Origin: Eledone cirrhosa
Lineage: Eukaryota
Direction of reading: 5' to 3'
Assembly (NCBI GenBank): GCA_964016885.1
Contig: OZ024740.1
Coordinates: 412,176,001 to 412,240,000, forward strand
DNA: 64,000 bases
Below, in pieces: positions 56,301 to 64,000 of the stretch; the stretch's first letter is position 1; each line of letters begins with the position of its first letter. The notes below the pieces were generated by a model. That model was not told where the DNA came from, did no database searches, and saw only the letters and a program-made list of their open reading frames with translations. The position numbers and the translations under genes were made by a program.

Positions 56301-59300
56301 TGGCAGTGTTAGTGTTTGTGATGGTGTTGATGAAGTTTATGTTGTTGGTGGTGATATTGGTGGCAGTGTCAGTGATGGTGATGCTGATGATGATTTTTAT
56401 GTTGTTGGTGGTGATACTGGTGGCAGTGTTAGTGATGTTGATGCTGATGGTGATGTTTATGTGTTTGGTGGTGATACTGGTGGCAGTGTTAGTGATCGTG
56501 ATGTTGTTGATGATGTTTATGTTTTTGATGGTGATACTGGTGGCAGTGTTAGTGATGGTGATGCTGTTGATGTTTATGTTGTTGGTGGTGATACTGGTGG
56601 CAGTGCTAGTGATGGTGATGCTTATGAAGAGGTTAATGTTGTTGGTGGTGATACTGGTGGCAGTGTTAGTGATGGTGATGCTGTTGATGATGTTTAATTT
56701 GTTGGTGGTGATACTGGTGGCAGTGATGGTGATGGTGATGCTGTTGATGATGTTTATGTTGTTGGTGGTGATACTGGTGGCAGTGTTAGTGATTGTGATG
56801 GTGTTGATGATGTTTATGTTGTTGGTGGTTATACTGGTGGCAGTGCTAATGATGGTGATGGTGATGCTGTTTAAGTTGTTGGTGGTGATACTGGTGGCAG
56901 TGCTAGTGATGGTGATGCTGTTGATGATGTTTATGTTGTTGGTGGTGATACTGGTGGCAGTGTTAGTGATGGTGATGCTGATGATATTTATGTTGTTGGT
57001 GGTGATACTGGTGGCAGTGCTAGTGATGGTGATGCTGTTGATGATGTTTATGTTGTTGGTGTTGATACTGGTGGCAGTGTTAGTGATGGTGATGCTGTTG
57101 ATGATATTTATGTTGTTGGTGGTGATACTGGTGGCAGTGTTAGTGATGGTGATGCTGATGATGTTTATGTTGTTGGTGGTGATACTGGTGGCAGTGCTAG
57201 TGATGGTGGTCCTGTTGATGATATTTATGTTGTTGGTGGTGATACTGGTGGCAGTGTTAGTGATGGTGATGCTGTTGATGATATTTATGTTGTTGGTGGT
57301 GATACTGGTGGCAGTGTTAGTGATGGTGATGCTGATTATGTTTATGTTGTTGGTGGTGATACTGGTGGAGGTGTTAGTGATGGTGATGATGTTGATGATG
57401 TTTATGTTGTTGGTGGTGATACTGGTGGCAGTGTTAGTGATGGTGATGCTGATGATGATGTTTATGTTGTTGGTGGTGATACTGGTGGCAGTGTTATTGA
57501 TGGTGATGCTGTTGATGATGTTTATGTTGTTGGTGCTGATACTGGTGGCAGTGTTAGTGATGGTGATGCTGATGATGTTTATGTTGTTGGTGGTGATACT
57601 GGTGGCAGTGTTAGTGATGGTGATGCTGATGATGTTTATGTTGTTGGTGGTGATACTGGTGGCAGTGCTAGTGATGGTGATGCTGTTGATGATATTTATG
57701 TTGTTGGTGGTGGTACTGGTGGCAGTGTTAGTGATGGTGATGCTGTTGATGATGTTTATGTTGCTGGTGGTGATACTGGTGGCAGTGTTAGTGATGGTGA
57801 TGCTGATGACGTTTATGTTGTTGGTGGTGATACTGGTGGCAGTGTTAGTGATGGTGATGCTGATGATGATGGTTATATTGTTGGTGGTGATACTGGTGGC
57901 AGTGTTAGTGATGGTGATGGTGTTGATGATGTTTATGTTGTTGGTGGTGATACTGGTGGCAGTGCTAGTGATGCTGATGCTTATGAAGAGGTTTATGTTG
58001 TTGGTGGTGATACTGGTGGCAGTGTTAGTGATGGTGATGGTGTTGATGATGTTTATGTTGTTGGTGGTGATACTGGTGGCAGTGCTAGTGATGGTGATGC
58101 TTATGAAGAGGTTTATGTTGTTGGTGGTGATACTCGTGGCAGTGTTAGTGATGGGGATGCTGTTGATGATGTTTAATTTGTTGGTGGAGATACTGGTGGC
58201 AGTGATGGTGATGGTGATGCTGTTGATGATGTTTATGTTGTTGGTGGTGATACTGGTGGCAGTGCTAATGATGGTGATGTTGCTGATGATGTTTATGTTG
58301 TTGGTGGTGATACTGGTGGCAGTGCTAGTGATGGTGATGGTGTTGATGATGTTTATGTTGTTGGTGGTGATACTGGTGGCAGTGTTATTGATGTTGATGA
58401 TGTTGATGATATTTATGTTGTTGGTGGTGATACTGGTGGCAGTGTTACTGATGGTGATGCTGTTGATGATATTTATGTTGTTGCTGGTGATACTGGTGGG
58501 AGTGTTAGTGATGGTGATGCTGTTGATGTTTATGTTGTTGGTGGTGATACTGGTGGCTGTGTTAGTGATGCTGATGCTGATGATGATGTTTATGTTGCTG
58601 GTGGTGATACTGGTGGCAGTGTTAGTGATGGTGATGCTGATGATGTTTATGTTGTTGGTGGTGATACTGGTGGCAGTGATAGTGATGGTGATGCTGTTGA
58701 TGATGTTTATGTTGTTGGTGGTGATACTGGTGGCAGTGTTAGTGATGGTGATGATGTTGATGATGTTTATGTTGGTGGTGGTGATACTGGTGGCAGTGTT
58801 AGTGATGGTGATGCTGATGATGATGTTTATGTTGTTGGTGGTGATACTGGTGGCAGTGTTATTGATGGTGATGCTGTTGATGATGTTTATGTTGTTGGTG
58901 GTGATACTGGTGGCAGTGATGGTGATGCTGATGATATTTATGTTATTGGTGGTGATACTGGTGGCAGTGCTAGTGATGGTGATGGTGATGAAGTTTATGT
59001 TGTTGGTGGTGATACTGGTGGCAGTGTTAGTGTTTGTGATGGTGTTGATGAAGTTTATGTTGTTGGTGGTGATACTGGTGGCAGTGTTAGTGTTTGTGAT
59101 GGTGTTGATGAAGTTTATGTTGTTGGTGGTGATTCTGGTGGCAGTGTTAGTGATGGTGATGCTGATGATGATGTTTATGTTGTTGGTGGTGATACTGGTG
59201 GCAGTGTTATTGATGGTGATGCTGATGATGTTTATGTTGTTGGTGGTGATACTGGTGGCAGTGATGGTGATGCTGATGATATTTATGTTATTGGTGGTGA

Positions 59301-62300
59301 TACTGGTGGCAGTGCTAGTGATGGTGATGGTGATGAAGTTTATGTTGTTGGTGGTGATACTGGTGGCAGTGTTAGTGTTTGTGATGGTGTTGATGAAGTT
59401 TATGTTGTTGGTGGTGATACTGGTGGCAGTGTTAGTGTTTGTGATGGTGTTGATGAAGTTTATGTTGTTGGTGGTGATACTGGTGGCAGTGTTAGTGTTT
59501 GTGATGGTATTGATGAAGTTTATGTTGTTGGTGGTGATACTGGTGGCAGTGTTAGTGTTTGTGATGGTGTTGATGAAGTTTATGTTGTTGGTAGTGATAC
59601 TGCTGGCAGTGTTAATGTTTGTGATGGTGTTCATGAAGTTTATGTTGTTGGTGGTGATACTGGTGGCAGTGTTAGTGTTTGTGATGGTGTTGATGAAGTT
59701 TATGTTGTTGGTGTTATACTAGTGGCAGTGTTAGTGTTTGTGATGGCGTTGATGAAGTTTATGTTGTTGGTGGTGATACTGGTGGCAGTGTTAGTGATAG
59801 TGATGGTGATGATGTTTATGTTGTTGGTGGTGATACTGGTGGCAGTGATGGTGATGCTGATGATATTTATGTTGTTGGTGGTGATACTGGTGGCAGTGCT
59901 AGTGATGGTGATGGTGATGAAGTTTATGTTGTTGGTGGTGATACTGGAGGCAGTGTTAGTGTTTGTGATGGTGTTGATGAAGTTTATGTTGTTGGTGGTG
60001 ATACTGGTGGCAGTGTTAGTGTTTGTGATGGTGTTGATGAAGTTTATGTTGTTGGTGGTGATACTGGTGGCAGTGCTAGTGATGGTGATGGTGATGAAGT
60101 TTATTTTGTTGGTGGTGATACTGGTGGCAGTGTTAGTGTTTGTGATGGTGTCGAAGAAGTTTATGTTGTTGGTGGTGATACTGGTGGCAGTGTTATTGTT
60201 TGTGATGGTGTTGATGAAGTTTATGTTGTTGGTGGTGATACTGGTGGCAGTGTTAGTGATGGTGATGCTGATGATGAAGTTTATGTTGTTGGCGGTGATA
60301 CTGGTGGCAGTGCTAGATGATGAAGCTGATGATGATAATTATGTTGTTGGTGGTGATACTGGTGGCAGTGTTAGTGATGGTGATGGTGATGGTGATGATG
60401 ATGTTTATGTTGTTGGTGGTGATACTGGTGGCAGTGCTAGTGATGGTGATGGTGATGATGTTTATGTTGTTGGTGGTGATACTGGTGGCAGTGTTAGTGA
60501 TGGTGATGGTGATAATGATGTTTATGTTGTTGGTGGTGATACTGGTGGCAGTGTTAGTGATGGTGATTGTGATGATGTTTATGTTGTTGGTGGTGATACT
60601 GGTGGCAATGTTAGTGATGGTGATGGTGATGATGATGTTTATGTTGTTGGTGGTGATACTGGTGGCAGTGTTAGTGATGGTGATGGTGATGATATTTATG
60701 TTGTTGGTGGTGATACTGGTGGCAGTGTTAGTGATGTTGATGGTGATGATGATGTTTATGATGTTGGTGGTGATACTGGTGGCCGTGTTAGTGATGGTGA
60801 TGCTGATGATGATGTTTATGTTGTTGGTGGTGATACTGGTGGCAGTGTTAGTGATGGTGATGCTGTTGATGATGTTTAATTTGTTGGTGGTGATACTGGT
60901 GGCAGTGATGGTGATGGTGATGCTGTTGATGATGTTTATGTTGTTGGTGGTGATACTGGTGGCAGTGTTAGTGATTGTGATGGTGTTGATGATGTTTATG
61001 TTGTTGGTGGTTATACTGGTGGCAGTGCTAATGATGGTGATGGTGATGCTGTTTAAGTTGTTGGTGGTGATACTGGTGGCAGTGCTAGTGATGGTGATGC
61101 TGTTGATGATGTTTATGTTGTTGGTGGTGATACTGGTGGCAGTGTTAGTGATGGTGATGCTGATGATATTTATGTTGTTGGTGGTGATACTGGTGGCAGT
61201 GCTAGTGATGGTGATGCTGTTGATGATGTTTATGTTGTTGGTGTTGATACTGGTGGCAGTGTTAGTGATGGTGATGCTGTTGATGATATTTATGTTGTTG
61301 GTGATGATACTGGTGGCAGTGTTAGTGATGGTGATGCTGATGATGTTTATGTTGTTGGTGGTGATACTGGTGGCAGTGCTAGTGATGGTGGTCCTGTTGA
61401 TGATATTTATGTTGTTGGTGGTGATACTGGTGGCAGTGTTAGTGATGGTGATGCTGTTGATGATATTTATGTTGTTGGTGGTGATACTGGTGGCAGTGTT
61501 AGTGATGGTGATGCTGATTATGTTTATGTTGTTGGTGGTGATACTGGTGGAGGTGTTAGTGATGGTGATGATGTTGATGATGTTTATGTTGTTGGTGGTG
61601 ATACTGGTGGCAGTGTTAGTGATGGTGATGCTGATGATGATGTTTATGTTGTTGGTGGTGATACTGGTGGCAGTGTTATTGATGGTGATGCTGTTGATGA
61701 TGTTTATGTTGTTGGTGCTGATACTGGTGGCAGTGTTAGTGATGGTGATGCTGATGATGTTTATGTTGTTGGTGGTGATACTGGTGGCAGTGTTAGTGAT
61801 GGTGATGCTGATGATGTTTATGTTGTTGGTGGTGATACTGGTGGCAGTGCTAGTGATGGTGATGCTGTTGATGATATTTATGTTGTTGGTGGTGGTACTG
61901 GTGGCAGTGTTAGTGATGGTGATGCTGTTGATGATGTTTATGTTGCTGGTGGTGATACTGGTGGCAGTGTTAGTGATGGTGATGCTGATGACGTTTATGT
62001 TGTTGGTGGTGATACTGGTGGCAGTGTTAGTGATGGTGATGCTGATGATGATGGTTATATTGTTGGTGGTGATACTGGTGGCAGTGTTAGTGATGGTGAT
62101 GGTGTTGATGATGTTTATGTTGTTGGTGGTGATACTGGTGGCAGTGCTAGTGATGCTGATGCTTATGAAGAGGTTTATGTTGTTGGTGGTGATACTGGTG
62201 GCAGTGTTAGTGATGGTGATGGTGTTGATGATGTTTATGTTGTTGGTGGTGATACTGGTGGCAGTGCTAGTGATGGTGATGCTTATGAAGAGGTTTATGT

Positions 62301-64000
62301 TGTTGGTGGTGATACTGGTGGCAGTGTTAGTGATGGGGATGCTGTTGATGATGTTTAATTTGTTGGTGGAGATACTGGTGGCAGTGATGGTGATGGTGAT
62401 GCTGTTGATGATGTTTATGTTGTTGGTGGTGATACTGGTGGCAGTGCTAATGATGGTGATGTTGCTGATGATGTTTATGTTGTTGGTGGTGATACTGGTG
62501 GCAGTGCTAGTGATGGTGATGGTGTTGATGATGTTTATGTTGTTGGTGGTGATACTGGTGGCAGTGTTATTGATGTTGATGATGTTGATGATATTTATGT
62601 TGTTGGTGGTGATACTGGTGGCAGTGTTACTGATGGTGATGCTGTTGATGATATTTATGTTGTTGCTGGTGATACTGGTGGGAGTGTTAGTGATGGTGAT
62701 GCTGTTGATGTTTATGTTGTTGGTGGTGATACTGGTGGCTGTGTTAGTGATGCTGATGCTGATGATGATGTTTATGTTGCTGGTGGTGATACTGGTGGCA
62801 GTGTTAGTGATGGTGATGCTGATGATGTTTATGTTGTTGGTGGTGATACTGGTGGCAGTGATAGTGATGGTGATGCTGTTGATGATGTTTATGTTGTTGG
62901 TGGTGATACTGGTGGCAGTGTTAGTGATGGTGATGATGTTGATGATGTTTATGTTGGTGGTGGTGATACTGGTGGCAGTGTTAGTGATGGTGATGCTGAT
63001 GATGATGTTTATGTTGTTGGTGGTGATACTGGTGGCAGTGTTATTGATGGTGATGCTGTTGATGATGTTTATGTTGTTGGTGGTGATACTGGTGGCAGTG
63101 ATGGTGATGCTGATGATATTTATGTTATTGGTGGTGATACTGGTGGCAGTGCTAGTGATGGTGATGGTGATGAAGTTTATGTTGTTGGTGGTGATACTGG
63201 TGGCAGTGTTAGTGTTTGTGATGGTGTTGATGAAGTTTATGTTGTTGGTGGTGATACTGGTGGCAGTGTTAGTGTTTGTGATGGTGTTGATGAAGTTTAT
63301 GTTGTTGGTGGTGATTCTGGTGGCAGTGTTAGTGATGGTGATGCTGATGATGATGTTTATGTTGTTGGTGGTGATACTGGTGGCAGTGTTATTGATGGTG
63401 ATGCTGATGATGTTTATGTTGTTGGTGGTGATACTGGTGGCAGTGATGGTGATGCTGATGATATTTATGTTATTGGTGGTGATACTGGTGGCAGTGCTAG
63501 TGATGGTGATGGTGATGAAGTTTATGTTGTTGGTGGTGATACTGGTGGCAGTGTTAGTGTTTGTGATGGTGTTGATGAAGTTTATGTTGTTGGTGGTGAT
63601 ACTGGTGGCAGTGTTAGTGTTTGTGATGGTGTTGATGAAGTTTATGTTGTTGGTGGTGATACTGGTGGCAGTGTTAGTGTTTGTGATGGTATTGATGAAG
63701 TTTATGTTGTTGGTGGTGATACTGGTGGCAGTGTTAGTGTTTGTGATGGTGTTGATGAAGTTTATGTTGTTGGTAGTGATACTGCTGGCAGTGTTAATGT
63801 TTGTGATGGTGTTCATGAAGTTTATGTTGTTGGTGGTGATACTGGTGGCAGTGTTAGTGTTTGTGATGGTGTTGATGAAGTTTATGTTGTTGGTGTTATA
63901 CTAGTGGCAGTGTTAGTGTTTGTGATGGCGTTGATGAAGTTTATGTTGTTGGTGGTGATACTGGTGGCAGTGTTAGTGATAGTGATGGTGATGATGTTTA
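26386..64000. repeat. Giant minisatellite array, mostly 57/60-bp units (consensus gatgatgtttatgttgttggtggtgatactggtggcagtgttagtgatggtgat[gct/ggt][gtt/gat]), running off the window end
   Basis: Several hundred head-to-tail units with an almost constant ggtggtgatactggtggcagtg core; unit length varies mostly in 3-bp steps; no other element seen inserted. Confidence 0.98.

Noticed and set aside
26219-63904. Very long ORFs (up to 2309 aa) as real genes
   Set aside because: Stops are rare because of triplet periodicity. Frameshifting 1-2 bp indels and stop codons occur repeatedly and are copied into higher-order duplicates. There is no non-repetitive N- or C-terminal domain.
26386-64000. CRISPR array (constant core with variable intervening sequence)
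   Set aside because: The intervening parts are variants of one sequence rather than unique spacers; no cas genes; eukaryotic context

Overview
Gene-free, repeat-dominated eukaryotic DNA. The repeat families and (TA)n abundance resemble an octopus/cephalopod genome, which is an inference. 1-14.9 kb is a patchwork of (TA)n microsatellites hosting a 5'-truncated RTE-type LINE whose ORF carries a PHD-like finger, a probable non-autonomous Helitron, MITE-like foldbacks, and several Penelope-like/retrozyme-like non-coding repeats. The most notable signal is a cluster of type I hammerhead ribozyme (HHR) motifs from about five unrelated repeat families. One pair lies in tandem 592 nt apart with a U3-A8 covariant core, which predicts a self-excising, possibly circularising RNA. 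16.8-19.8 kb is a decayed R4/Dong-like non-LTR retrotransposon, and tRNA-derived SINEs follow it. From ~26.4 kb to the window end runs a >37 kb G/T-strand-biased 54-63 bp minisatellite with nested higher-order duplications. Its long ORFs are best explained as artefacts of triplet periodicity. No host protein-coding gene could be supported. Coordinates were read by eye and element edges are approximate.
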